This document shows, piece by piece, positions 1-10,227 of a DNA stretch of 64,000 nt. The notes below the pieces were generated by a model. It was not told the DNA's origin and did not search any database. It was given only the letters and a program-made list of their open reading frames with translations. How positions within the stretch are numbered: the stretch's first letter is position 1; each line of letters begins with the position of its first letter. Source of the DNA: Spirochaetia bacterium (GTDB taxonomy: Bacteria; Spirochaetota; Spirochaetia; SP-2023); contig OZ253665.1 of the NCBI GenBank assembly GCA_965263295.1, forward strand, positions 608,001 through 672,000, read 5' to 3'. A program made the translations under genes and the position numbers.

Positions 1-1365
1 AGTACGCCGACGATTGCTCTAATTAGTCCGATAGAACGCGAGGATGATTCTGAAAAATATTTTGCTCTAGTATATATTAGCAATGACGTTTTTGCAGAAA
101 CAACTAATGATGTCAGTGAATATGAGACATATATTGTCAATCATAAAGGAGATTTACTCGCCCATAAAAATGAGGATCTGTTAAAAAATGGCATTTCTTT
201 TAGCAATGATAAAATTGTTCAGACAATGTTGAAGAGTCCTCTTAACAATGGGCAGATGAGCTATGAAGACCGTAATGACATAGAACACATTGGTTCTTTT
301 TACAAGATTGAATTGGGTTCTGTCGGTGTAATCAGTACGGCGGAACGCGATCGGATATTAAAAGCTGTATATCAAATTCGTCTTCGTAACTATTATATAA
401 CAGGTATAATTCTCCTTGTTTCAGTTCTAATTATTTATATTTTTGCGAAGACATTGTCCACTCCGGTACGCCGCCTGGTGGAGGCGGCGCGAGAGATAGA
501 GCAAGGTAACTTTCTGCTGAATATTAAGGTGACGACGCACGATGAGATCGGCAAGCTAACTGAATCGTTTACCGAAATGGGCCGCGGGTTAGATGAGCGT
601 GATCGAATGAAAGATGCTTTTGGTAAGTTTGTCAATCAAGAGGTCGCAAATATGGCCTTGAAGGGACAACTGCGATTGGGAGGGGAGCGCAAGGAAGCTG
701 CAGTCTTTTTTTCGGATATTCGTTCCTTTACTGCAATTTCGGAAAAACTCACTCCTGAAGAAGTTGTTGAATTTCTAAATGAGTATATGACGGCTATGGT
801 AGAATGCGTGGAAGCGACCCATGGGGTGGTGGATAAATTTATTGGCGATGCTGTGATGGCTGTTTGGGGAGCGCCTGTTTCTCACGGCAACGATACAGAA
901 AACGCAATAAACAGCGCCCTTATGATGCGTTCTGCTTTGGAAAAATTTAATCGGGGTCAAGGTGGCGATAAAAAGCCAATCATCAAAATTGGTTGTGGAA
1001 TCAATACGGGCTCTTTGGTTTCCGGCCAGATTGGCAGTGAGAACCGTATGGAATACACCGTTATTGGTGATGCTGTAAATCTGGCTTCCCGTATTGAAGG
1101 TCTGACTAAACCTTTTGGTGCAGATATTCTGGTCTCTGAAGATTCCTATGCATTGGTCGGCGACCTTTATCATACAGCTGAAATGCCGCCGATCATGGTT
1201 AAGGGCAAATCTGATCCTGTGAAAATTTATGCCGTATTGGGGCATCGCAACGATCCGCATGCATTTACGCATATTGATGAACTACGTCAATATTTAGGGA
1301 CAGAAAATGTTGATCTCTCACAGTTTGATGGTGTAGGTAAGGAAGAAAAATTTAGCGCTGTTTAG
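1..1365 (+). CDS. Membrane adenylate/guanylate cyclase, Cache-like + TM + HAMP + class III cyclase (5' partial)
   Basis: The frame is open from base 1, upstream of the listed ATG at 226. It contains a Cache-like YIVNHKGDLLAH, a TM helix, a HAMP (PVRRLVEAAREIEQGNF...DEIGKLTESF) and cyclase motifs FSDIRSFT, DKFIGDAVM and EYTVIGDAVNLASRIE. The K/T specificity residues fit a class IIIb adenylate cyclase. Confidence 0.93.
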   Translation, partial: STPTIALISPIEREDDSEKYFALVYISNDVFAETTNDVSEYETYIVNHKGDLLAHKNEDLLKNGISFSNDKIVQTMLKSPLNNGQMSYEDRNDIEHIGSFYKIELGSVGVISTAERDRILKAVYQIRLRNYYITGIILLVSVLIIYIFAKTLSTPVRRLVEAAREIEQGNFLLNIKVTTHDEIGKLTESFTEMGRGLDERDRMKDAFGKFVNQEVANMALKGQLRLGGERKEAAVFFSDIRSFTAISEKLTPEEVVEFLNEYMTAMVECVEATHGVVDKFIGDAVMAVWGAPVSHGNDTENAINSALMMRSALEKFNRGQGGDKKPIIKIGCGINTGSLVSGQIGSENRMEYTVIGDAVNLASRIEGLTKPFGADILVSEDSYALVGDLYHTAEMPPIMVKGKSDPVKIYAVLGHRNDPHAFTHIDELRQYLGTENVDLSQFDGVGKEEKFSAV

Positions 1366-1575
1366 CAGAAGCGAGCCGGGTCAACCTTTTTTTGTTCAAG
1401 CTTCGGTTGTAATTACAGTTATCGGCAAGATGCAGAATGAGGGTGGACCAGAATTTGAGGGTCATGAAACAGTCAGATTCTGGAGAGGTAGAAGTTGTGA
1501 ATTGGCGTGATAATTTGTCTTATATAACGAATAAAGCTGAAGACGAAAATATCTAATCCTGAGGTATTTCATTCA

Positions 1576-3696
1576 TTGATGGCAGAATCTGGTGAAAAAA
1601 GGGCTGAGAGCAGAGTTGATATTGTAGTTCCCTCTAACATGGGAACAGATATGCTGTTTTCCCTAATTATAAGCTGTGTTATTGGCCTCTTTTCCTGGCT
1701 ACTACTAAAAGATGTGACACAGAATGGCTCTCGGATTGGCGAACCGGTGGCCAAGTTGGCCTTTGGTGAACGGCGTGTTGAGCGCAAGATAGGTGGCGAA
1801 GTCGTCTGGTCGCGTATTGGGGCTCCAGATCAAATTTACAACTACGACAGTATTCGAACGGAAGATGATTCACAGGCTCGGGTATTGTTGGATACGGGTA
1901 CAGAACTGGTACTTGAAGGTGCGGCTCTGGTAACCGTTGTGGTCGACCAGAAAAAGTTGTCAGTGAACCTGGACAAGGGGAGTTTATCGCTGATTGCTGG
2001 GCCACAAAGTAGTCCTGTAGAAGTCAAAAGTCCAAGTGGTACCCTAAAAATGGCTGATGGAGGTAAGGCATCAATCGTCCAGGGTGAAGATAGTTTACAG
2101 GTCGATATTTTGGATGGTCAAGCCGTATTTGAAAATGAAAATGGCAATATTGAGTTGAGTGAGAGTCAAATTCTTCAGTTGGACTCTGATGGACAAGTCC
2201 AGTTAAAAGAAATATCATTCCAAGCTATAGCTCCTATTCCGTCATCGTTGCAGCTGATGTTTGTCGACTCTACTCCAGTGCAGTTTGAGTGGATTTCGCG
2301 AACCTTTCAGCCTAGTTCCATTGAAATTTCTGCAGTGGAGGATTTTAGTAGTGGAGTACGTACTTTTGACATCAGCGAAGCCGGCGTATTCGAAACAGAA
2401 CTAAAGAGTGGCATTTGGCATTGGCGAGTTCGCAATGGAGCCGAGTCCAGTCCTGCTGCGATGTTCAGGCTGGTGAGGGATCGAGAGCCGGAACCTCTGT
2501 CTCCTTTGCCAGGCAGTGAATTTCCCTTTGTCGATAAATCTCCTTTGATCCGCTTTCAGTGGCAGAAAGCGAAAAATGCCAATATATATAATGTGAATTT
2601 TTATCGTTCTAGTGACTCAGCAAAGCCATTTAAGAGTATCCCCTCTCAACACTCTTCCATTTCGGTAGATGAACTGGCTGAAGGCGAGTATTTTTGGGAT
2701 GTAGAGGCTGTGTTTTCTGCCTTCCACAGAAAGGTCGTGGGGGCGCGTCGCAATTTTATTGTCTCCAAGTTGCAAGCTGAGGATGTCCCGGAGGCCAACA
2801 TTAAGCTGGATAATGAGGCCGTCTCACAGTACGCTCTGGAACGAGAGGGAAGTATTATTACTTGGGAACGAGTAGGAGGTTTGGACAACTATCTGGCAGA
2901 GTTATCTAAAAATGATTCTGTAATTCAAAAAAAGCTTGTGCACGGGAATTTTATTGAGCTGCCAAGGGACTTAGAGCAGGGAGAATTTAATTTGCGTGTA
3001 ACAGCTTTGGTTGATGGTGAAACCTTGAATTCAACGGCAAGAGATTTTGTCGTCAAAAAATTTGTCTCACTCAATCTGTTGATCCCGGAAGATAATGCAC
3101 GTTTGTACAATACGGACAGTCAACTACGTTTTCGCTGGAAAGACCCGAATAAGGGAGATTCATACCTGCTGGAAGTAGCGCGAGACAAAGATTTTCAACA
3201 AATTTTGGCGCGCCAGGACACAACTAAGACATTTTTATCCATCCCCAATCTGGCGGGCATAGGCATTTACTATTGCCGCGTCAGTCTATTGAATGAAAAT
3301 GGTGAGCAACTGGTTGGTAGTAAAGCGAGCCGTTTTAATATTGAGCGCCAATGGGATCCGGCACCCGTGTTATGGGGCCCGGTCTCAAGTGGCAGAGTGG
3401 ATTTGGCACTTGATGGTTCCTTGTCTTTTCAGTGGCAGCCGGTTAGAAATGCCAGTTTTTACCGTTTAAAAATTGTTCCACAACAGGCGCCTGTGGCTGC
3501 CAGAACTTGGGATGTTACAAATACGTACAAGGTGGAAAGCGATGTTTTGGATCTGCCATTAGGCGAATATCGATATAGCCTCACCACATTTGCCGAGATA
3601 AATGGTCGGGAAGTTTCCATTTCGGAAACTGCGAACGGAGTCTTTGAATTACTGCGTACGCCAGTGCAGCCGGTGACTAAGATTGAGATATTCTAG
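1576..3696 (+). CDS. TM-anchored FecR-domain protein with repeated Fn3/Ig-like domains
   Basis: N-terminal TM helix. FecR-like segment IYNYDSIRTEDDSQARVLLDTGTELVL...LDKGSL. Several repeats of the type F.W......Y...(V/I)......G.Y.W.V. GAGG at 1561. Confidence 0.78.
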   Translation: MMAESGEKRAESRVDIVVPSNMGTDMLFSLIISCVIGLFSWLLLKDVTQNGSRIGEPVAKLAFGERRVERKIGGEVVWSRIGAPDQIYNYDSIRTEDDSQARVLLDTGTELVLEGAALVTVVVDQKKLSVNLDKGSLSLIAGPQSSPVEVKSPSGTLKMADGGKASIVQGEDSLQVDILDGQAVFENENGNIELSESQILQLDSDGQVQLKEISFQAIAPIPSSLQLMFVDSTPVQFEWISRTFQPSSIEISAVEDFSSGVRTFDISEAGVFETELKSGIWHWRVRNGAESSPAAMFRLVRDREPEPLSPLPGSEFPFVDKSPLIRFQWQKAKNANIYNVNFYRSSDSAKPFKSIPSQHSSISVDELAEGEYFWDVEAVFSAFHRKVVGARRNFIVSKLQAEDVPEANIKLDNEAVSQYALEREGSIITWERVGGLDNYLAELSKNDSVIQKKLVHGNFIELPRDLEQGEFNLRVTALVDGETLNSTARDFVVKKFVSLNLLIPEDNARLYNTDSQLRFRWKDPNKGDSYLLEVARDKDFQQILARQDTTKTFLSIPNLAGIGIYYCRVSLLNENGEQLVGSKASRFNIERQWDPAPVLWGPVSSGRVDLALDGSLSFQWQPVRNASFYRLKIVPQQAPVAARTWDVTNTYKVESDVLDLPLGEYRYSLTTFAEINGREVSISETANGVFELLRTPVQPVTKIEIF

Positions 3697-3708
3697 GCAG
3701 GACTAAAT

Positions 3709-4815
3709 ATGAATTTTTATATTTGTTCCCGCGTTTGGACTCCTGCCTGCTTATTTCTGACCATGTTAGTATGTGGGTTCCTCGTATTGGAGGCAGAGCC
3801 TGTGCGCAAGGAAGTTCGTTGGGAACAAATCCCCAATAGTGGCGGTTACATTGTCGAGATAGAAAGCTTGGCGAATGAAGTTCGCCTTCTGGAACAGTAT
3901 GTCGCGCGGCCTCCTCTTGTCTTCTCTGTTGAGCCAGGAATGTATCGTTTGCGCATTATAACTCTAAATCGTTGGGGACAGCCAGAGAGTAGCAGTGATT
4001 GGGTCAAGTTCCGTACCGACATGCCAGCACCTATAGTTCAATTTGAGGGTCCTACAGCTTTGGCAACAACGAGAAATTTCAAGGATGAGGGAATCGTTAT
4101 CGTGCCTTTGCCTGAGCGTAAGGGTTTGAGCCCGTTTGAAAAGAATTTGAGGCACTATTTTTATAGTGAGGTATTTTTGCTGAATCGGCCCTTTGAAACT
4201 TGGGGAACTGGGAGAATTGGGGGCAAGCAAAATCACAGTCCGGATATTTTATTTGACGATGATTTGCCCAGTTACTTTCTGATGCTGCGCTACCGAATAG
4301 GGGTCAAAGGGATTGCAGAGGGAATTGGTTTGGATGGTTTCAGTTTTGGTCTGCAAAGTGAAATACTGCCTTTACATTCACAATTATCGCTCTACCACCG
4401 GTTGCAGACCTACAATATTCCCAGCTCTTCTTTACACTCGGTGGATCTTACTTATAAATTGCCTTTGGCGGACCGTTTTAACTTAGTAGCCACTTTTTTC
4501 CCTGTGGCCTTCTTATACCGGACTCTGGGCATAAGATATGGAGGCAATAATAATATTGACTTCTTTGCTCCCATGAATTATACCGCAGGTTCAGAAGATA
4601 TCGAGGTTGCCATTCCGATTTCGGTCAAAAACTTCCGGAATTTTTTTGAACTTTATTTACCTATTATAGACCATTTTTTTGGGGGCAGAATCGGTTTGCA
4701 GTATAACGCCGGCAAAAATCTGGTCTTAAATACCTCGGCATATTTCTGGGCGAGTTACTCTCAGACTAAAATTGTTGACTGGGCGCTAGAAACGACTATT
4801 GGTATTCGCTTTTAG
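3709..4815 (+). CDS. Exported protein with N-terminal Fn3-like domain and putative outer-membrane beta-barrel
   Basis: Signal peptide. Fn3-like VRWEQIPNSGGYIVEI...PGMYRLRI...NRWG. Aromatic/Gly-rich alternating strands. Ends ETTIGIRF with a terminal Phe. Starts 12 bp after the FecR gene. Confidence 0.6.
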   Translation: MNFYICSRVWTPACLFLTMLVCGFLVLEAEPVRKEVRWEQIPNSGGYIVEIESLANEVRLLEQYVARPPLVFSVEPGMYRLRIITLNRWGQPESSSDWVKFRTDMPAPIVQFEGPTALATTRNFKDEGIVIVPLPERKGLSPFEKNLRHYFYSEVFLLNRPFETWGTGRIGGKQNHSPDILFDDDLPSYFLMLRYRIGVKGIAEGIGLDGFSFGLQSEILPLHSQLSLYHRLQTYNIPSSSLHSVDLTYKLPLADRFNLVATFFPVAFLYRTLGIRYGGNNNIDFFAPMNYTAGSEDIEVAIPISVKNFRNFFELYLPIIDHFFGGRIGLQYNAGKNLVLNTSAYFWASYSQTKIVDWALETTIGIRF

Positions 4816-4835
4816 AGGGCTTGAAAGAATAAAAT

Positions 4836-5621
4836 TCACACCGCCACAGGAGCCCTGATCGCCGGATGAGGGTCATAGCCCTCAAGTGTAAAATCATTGT
4901 ACTTAAATGCAAAGATATCTTTTACATCTGGATTAATTTTCATTCTGGGTAGTTGCCTCGGTTCGCGACTGAGTTGCTGTCGAGCCTGTTTTATGTGATT
5001 CACATACAAATGCAAATCGCCAAAAGTGTGTATAAATTCTTTGGCTTGCAAGCCCACCACTTGAGCTAACATCATACTAAACAAAGAATAACAAGCGATA
5101 TTAAAAGGCACACCTAAGAATATATCACCGCTGCGCTGATACAAGTGACAGGATAATTTTCCTTCACAGACATAGAGCTGAAATATGGTGTGGCAAGGCG
5201 GCAAGACCATGTCCTCAATTTCTGCCGGATTCCATGCGCTAACAATATGACGACGGGAATATGGATTTTCTTTCAAGCCCTTGACCAATCGGGAAATCTG
5301 GTCAATCCCTGTTCCGTTCCAATTGCGCCACTGACGACCATACACGGGCCCGAGCTCCCCGTCAGAATTTGCCCATTTATCCCATATGTGTATGTCATTG
5401 TCATTTAAATATTTGACGTTTGTACTGCCCGATAAAAACCACAAGAGCTCGTGAATGATTCCTTGAATAAAGATCTTTTTTGTAGTTAGCAACGGAAAAC
5501 CCTGTTCTAAATTAAAACGCAGCTGGGAGCCGAACAGACTCCTGGTGCCTGTGCCCGTACGATCCGGACGTTCTGTGCCATTTTCCAGCACGTCTTGTAA
5601 TAAAGCGAGATAGTTTTGCAT
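4836..5621 (-). CDS. thyA: Thymidylate synthase
   Basis: [33 protein letters not shown] (catalytic Cys), YQRSGD, GVPFN. Confidence 0.98.
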   Translation of the reverse strand: MQNYLALLQDVLENGTERPDRTGTGTRSLFGSQLRFNLEQGFPLLTTKKIFIQGIIHELLWFLSGSTNVKYLNDNDIHIWDKWANSDGELGPVYGRQWRNWNGTGIDQISRLVKGLKENPYSRRHIVSAWNPAEIEDMVLPPCHTIFQLYVCEGKLSCHLYQRSGDIFLGVPFNIACYSLFSMMLAQVVGLQAKEFIHTFGDLHLYVNHIKQARQQLSREPRQLPRMKINPDVKDIFAFKYNDFTLEGYDPHPAIRAPVAV

Positions 5622-5647
5622 GGACGGTTTGGCCGTAATTCTTCGTT

Positions 5648-6571
5648 CTAGCCTTTTTGTTCTTTCTGCACGGCGCGGTACAGGGCAGAGCTGTCTTCGC
5701 TCAGGTGCCCGGCTGCGGCCAGTTGACGGTATTGCTCCAGGCTATGCTGGGTGTGCGGCAATTGCAAACCGCAGCGCTGGGCCTCATGCAAGGCATAATC
5801 TAGGTCTTTAATCATCCATTTCAGGGCGAAGCCAAAGTTATAGTGATTCTGGGCCATACTTTCGGCGCGGTTCTCCATTTGCCAAGAGCCTGCGGCACCG
5901 TTTTTTAGGCAGGAGACCAAAGTGGCGACATCCAGCCCCGCTTTTTGAGCGAGCAGGAGGCCTTCGGAGAGGCCGCGCAGTACTCCGGCAATGCATATCT
6001 GATTGACCATTTTGGCCCTCTGGCCCTGGCCGTGTGTGCCCATATAAACCGCGGATTTTGCGTAAGCGGGAAACACATTGTCGTTGAGCTGCTGAAACAG
6101 CTGTGGCTTAGCTCCGCACATGATGGTCAGGCAGCCGTTTTCGGCTCCACTCTGGCCCCCGCTGACCGGGGCATCGAGGAACTGCAGACCTTGTTCATGG
6201 CATTGCCGCGCCAAATCTTCGGCCAGCTCAGCTGAAGTAGTGGTATGGTCGGCCAGAATAGCCCCTTTTTTCATCGCGGGCAGGGCCTGCGCTAATACTT
6301 GACGCACGTCGTCGTCGTTGCCCAGGCAGCAGAGCACCAGTTCGGCCTGGTCTACGGCAGCGGCAATGCTTTCGTGGACTTCAACCTTGGCTTCAACCTC
6401 GCCGTTTTGGCTCTGCGAGCCGTATTGCTCCTGCCAGGACTGGGCTCTAGTGATCGTGCGATTATATACGGCAATTTTGCAACCGGGGAATTTTTTTGCC
6501 ATGTGTTTTACTAAATGGCCGGCCATGGGGTAACCCATGACGCCGAGTCCCAAAAAAGTAACTTTCTTCAT
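5648..6571 (-). CDS. NAD(P)-dependent oxidoreductase, 3-hydroxyisobutyrate dehydrogenase / 2-hydroxy-3-oxopropionate reductase family
   Basis: [15 protein letters not shown]ossmann motif, [19 protein letters not shown] (catalytic Lys), KDL. Start moved to MKKVTF at 6571, which has AAAGGA upstream. Confidence 0.92.
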   Translation of the reverse strand: MKKVTFLGLGVMGYPMAGHLVKHMAKKFPGCKIAVYNRTITRAQSWQEQYGSQSQNGEVEAKVEVHESIAAAVDQAELVLCCLGNDDDVRQVLAQALPAMKKGAILADHTTTSAELAEDLARQCHEQGLQFLDAPVSGGQSGAENGCLTIMCGAKPQLFQQLNDNVFPAYAKSAVYMGTHGQGQRAKMVNQICIAGVLRGLSEGLLLAQKAGLDVATLVSCLKNGAAGSWQMENRAESMAQNHYNFGFALKWMIKDLDYALHEAQRCGLQLPHTQHSLEQYRQLAAAGHLSEDSSALYRAVQKEQKG

Positions 6572-6886
6572 AATGAATCCTTTGCATCGCCGAGGTCCGC
6601 GACGAATCTGGCTAAATGATTTATAAAATGCGAATAACCTTAGCATAATGGCCGCTTTTGTCCAAGCATTTTCTCTGATTTCTAAATTTTACGACTACTG
6701 TTTGCAGACATTTTGCGCTTTGATTAACTGTAAAAATGTTTGTTTTACAGATAATGGCTTTGTCATAGATAAAAAACAATTTATTTGTTGTCATTGCCTC
6801 ATCTTCGGATTGTCTTTGCGGTGAAAAACCAATATCCTGATTATCACAAAAGCCAAACAAACCCCAGAGTCAAAGGATGGTCAAAG

Positions 6887-8335
6887 ATGATAGCAAAAAG
6901 AATACAGCGGGCGCCTAAGGTAGTTTGTACCATTGGCCCCGCTACCGATAGTGATGAACAAATTCGTGCCCTAATTGAAGCGGGTATGAATATTGTGCGC
7001 TTGAATTTTTCACACGGTGATCACGACTCGCACCGCAAGAAAGTGGAACAGATTCGTCGTCTAGCCAAGGAAATGAATGTCAGCGTTGGCGTGCTGCAGG
7101 ACTTGCAGGGCCCCAAAATTCGTATGAATGCCAGTATCCCGGAGGCGGGAGTGCCCTTGGAAATGGGCAAAGATATTGTCCTGGCAGCCAGCAAGCAAGG
7201 GCTCCCGTTACAAGAGGCCCTGCCCGTGGATTACGATTTCCTTGCTGAAGATGTCAAAGTTGGAGAGAAAATTTTATTTGCCGATGGCAAGATGGCTGCC
7301 CGTGTCAAAGGTATTGATGGCGAGAGGGTCATTTGCGAAGTGACGAAGCCGGGCCTGCTGTTGAAGCGTAAAGGGGTCAATATGCCTGAAAGCTGCCTGC
7401 AAATTCCGGCCATGACCGAGAAGGACCTGGCGGACTTGAAACTCGGTATTGAGTTGGGCGTTGATTTTATTGCGCTGTCATTTGTGCGCAACCCTGAAGA
7501 TGTGCAGCCGATCCTCGATTCTTTTACAGGTCTGAAACAAGCCCCATTGTTGTTGGCGAAAATTGAAAAGCCACAGGCTGTGGAACGTTTTGATGCCATC
7601 TTGGAAAAACTGGACGGTATCATGTTGGCCCGCGGTGACCTGGGGGTCGAGATGCCTCTGGTGGAGCTGCCGCAGATTCAAAAGAGACTGATCATCAAGA
7701 CCATGGCGGCTGGTAAATTTGTCATCACTGCGACCCAGATGCTATTGTCGATGATGGAATCTTCGTTGCCGACTCGTGCCGAGGTCAGCGATGTGGCCAA
7801 TGCCATGTACGACGGTACCGATGCCGTGATGCTTTCGGATGAGACGGCGGCCGGCAAGTTCCCGCTTGAATCCTGTAGTACCATGGTTAAAATTGCCGAA
7901 TCCACCACGCCAAACTTGAAGCGCCTGATCAAGCCCAGTGCGCAGGACATGCAGGCCAGTAATTCCCGTAATAATTGTGAGATTGCGATTGGCCACTCGG
8001 CGTGTACCCTGGCTGCGGATACCAATGCGAAATATATCGTGGCTTGTACCGGTTCTGGCCGCACGGCTCGTGCCGTTGCGCGTTTCCGTCCGACCTGTCC
8101 GATTATTGGCTTGACACATAATCAGATTACCTACAATCAACTGGCTATGATTTGGGGCGTAATACCAATTATGAATAGCATGGCCAATAGTACCGACCAA
8201 CTTTTTGAACAGGTGCGCCAGGCTTTGCTGCAACAACGGCTAGTTGAAAGCGGCGATCACGTCGTAGTCACCGCGGGCATTCCACTTGGGATTAGTGGCT
8301 ACAGCAACTTGTTGCACGTTCTGACGATTGGATAG
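6887..8335 (+). CDS. pyk: Pyruvate kinase
   Basis: KVVCTIGPA, RLNFSHG, DLQGPKIR, AKIE, ARGDLGVE, TATQML, PTRAEVSDVANA, DAVMLS. Start at ATG 6887 after AAAGGA. Confidence 0.97.
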   Translation: MIAKRIQRAPKVVCTIGPATDSDEQIRALIEAGMNIVRLNFSHGDHDSHRKKVEQIRRLAKEMNVSVGVLQDLQGPKIRMNASIPEAGVPLEMGKDIVLAASKQGLPLQEALPVDYDFLAEDVKVGEKILFADGKMAARVKGIDGERVICEVTKPGLLLKRKGVNMPESCLQIPAMTEKDLADLKLGIELGVDFIALSFVRNPEDVQPILDSFTGLKQAPLLLAKIEKPQAVERFDAILEKLDGIMLARGDLGVEMPLVELPQIQKRLIIKTMAAGKFVITATQMLLSMMESSLPTRAEVSDVANAMYDGTDAVMLSDETAAGKFPLESCSTMVKIAESTTPNLKRLIKPSAQDMQASNSRNNCEIAIGHSACTLAADTNAKYIVACTGSGRTARAVARFRPTCPIIGLTHNQITYNQLAMIWGVIPIMNSMANSTDQLFEQVRQALLQQRLVESGDHVVVTAGIPLGISGYSNLLHVLTIG

Positions 8336-8478
8336 CTAGAACCGGGGATAATTGAAGATAGACAAGGAAAATCGAGAAAAGCGATGGATCAACAAACTTG
8401 ATCTTTCACTTTTTGATATCTTTTTAATACTGAATTATCCTGTGATTATTCGGCGCAATTCATTGTTTAGGGGGCCAT

Positions 8479-9744
8479 ATGCGGCGATCAAAAGAAGCTT
8501 GCAAGATGCTGGGACTGAGTTTTGCTTCCAGCTCTGTCGGGGCGCTACTGGTTTATCTTGCCATGACGTATTTGCCGGCTCATGGACGCGAGAGCGGAGC
8601 TCGTATGCATGAAGCAGTCGCGGACGACACTGTTGCTGATATTGCGCAGCCCGCGCGGGGAGTTCGGGGTGCAAGTACGCGAGATTCGGCGCAATTGGCC
8701 CAGCTGGCAGGCAGTCGCTTGCAGGCGGGCTACATTGACAATGAGGTCAATAATATCGAAGTATACGAAGAGACGAACCAGGCGGTGGTCAACATAACGG
8801 CCAGGAAGGAGACTCAGGTTTTTAGCTGGTTTTTCGAGCCTATCCCGCGCGAGGACGAAGCCTTTGGGTCTGGTTCAATCATCGATGCCGCTGGCTACAT
8901 TCTAACCAACAATCATGTCGTGCAAAATGCTTCCAAAGTGCAGGTCACCTTGTACGATGGTAGCCAGTTCACGGGAGAAATTGCGGGCTCCGATCCAGAA
9001 AATGACCTGGCCATCGTACGTTTCGCACCCAAGGGTCGCCGGCTCAGCACTATTCGTTTTGTCGAGAACGATAAATTGCAGGTCGGCCAAAAGGTCTTTG
9101 CCATCGGCAATCCGTATGGTTTTGAACGCACCTTGACTGTGGGGATTGTTTCTGGTTTGGGCCGTCCAATTCAAAATGAGAATGGCTTGGTTATTCAAGG
9201 TATGATTCAAACTGACGCTTCAATTAATCCGGGCAATTCCGGCGGCCCGTTGCTGAACTCGCGCGGGCAGATGATTGGCGTCAATTCTTCCATCTATTCG
9301 CCCACCGGCAGCTCGGTGGGTCTGGGTTTCGCCGTGCCCGTCAGTACCGTGCGCCGCGTTTTGCCGGACTTAATTAAATATGGTACTGTGCGACGCGGCT
9401 GGATTGATATGAAAGTGATTCCACTGTTTCCACAATTAGTGCGTTACAAGAGACTGCCGGTCGAAAAAGGCCTACTGGTATCTGAGGTTTTAAAGGGCAG
9501 TGAGGCGGATAAAGCGGGCTTGCAGGGCGGACAGCGCAGTCAGGCCGTGCGCAGCGGCAAGGGTGTCATCTACCTGGGCGGCGATATTATAACCCAGATC
9601 GGCGATATAGAGGTGTCCAGCATGGCCGATTTATATTCCGCGCTGGAGCCGACTCATCCCGGCGACAAGCTGCAAATGACGGTCTACCGCGATGGCAAGA
9701 AACGAGAATTTGAAATCAGGCTCAGCGAGCGTAAGAGGAATTGA
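8479..9744 (+). CDS. htrA: HtrA/DegP-family serine protease with a single PDZ domain
   Basis: N-terminal hydrophobic anchor. Triad motifs LTNNHVV, DLAIV and QTDASINPGNSGGPL. C-terminal PDZ (GDIITQI). Confidence 0.93.
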   Translation: MRRSKEACKMLGLSFASSSVGALLVYLAMTYLPAHGRESGARMHEAVADDTVADIAQPARGVRGASTRDSAQLAQLAGSRLQAGYIDNEVNNIEVYEETNQAVVNITARKETQVFSWFFEPIPREDEAFGSGSIIDAAGYILTNNHVVQNASKVQVTLYDGSQFTGEIAGSDPENDLAIVRFAPKGRRLSTIRFVENDKLQVGQKVFAIGNPYGFERTLTVGIVSGLGRPIQNENGLVIQGMIQTDASINPGNSGGPLLNSRGQMIGVNSSIYSPTGSSVGLGFAVPVSTVRRVLPDLIKYGTVRRGWIDMKVIPLFPQLVRYKRLPVEKGLLVSEVLKGSEADKAGLQGGQRSQAVRSGKGVIYLGGDIITQIGDIEVSSMADLYSALEPTHPGDKLQMTVYRDGKKREFEIRLSERKRN

Positions 9745-9787
9745 TTTTCGTAAATTCCCGTAAATTCTCGTGCACAGAGTGGAATTG

Positions 9788-9812
9788 GTTATTCTGAAAG
9801 GCATTCAGAGTA
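9788..9812. terminator. Hairpin downstream of htrA, possible terminator
   Basis: TTATTCTGAA-aggca-TTCAGAGTAA inverted repeat with one G-U pair. Confidence 0.4.
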
Positions 9813-10227
9813 AGAATTTTATCTCCGATATGGCTCGGCAGTGCTCGTCTTGTCTGTTGCTACTGCAGCTCGTGTCGTGCTGCGAGTTGCGGATGCTTTC
9901 GTGTGGCGGCAATTTCTTCTTTTTCTCCGTCCCATCCTGAGTTGCGGGTCTTGGCCCGTTTGTGGTTTCACTTGTTGAGCCGGAGGGTGGAAAATCATGG
10001 CAAGACCTTTTGCGCTTAAAAGCATCCCAAAACACATCCATACACATCCATTGGAAAATTTTTACAGTTCTCATTGTTTTTTGTTTGTGTTTTTATGGCG
10101 AATATGTTAAGTTTTTAATCTGTCGACCGAATAATGAGCATTTTTTATTTGCCCGTTGTTTTAGGCCGGCGGCCGACAGCATACTCAAGTGTACGTCTGT
10201 CTATTCTCTCAAATAGATGAGTATATC

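Noticed and set aside
9866..9879. CAGCTCGTGTCGTG, identical to a conserved 16S rRNA motif
   Set aside because: Only 14 nt match and the flanks are not rRNA-like; treated as chance.
9805..10074. 89-aa minus-strand ORF between htrA and the giant ORF
   Set aside because: No SD, no recognisable motif, and overlapping alternative ORFs of similar size; cannot be supported.
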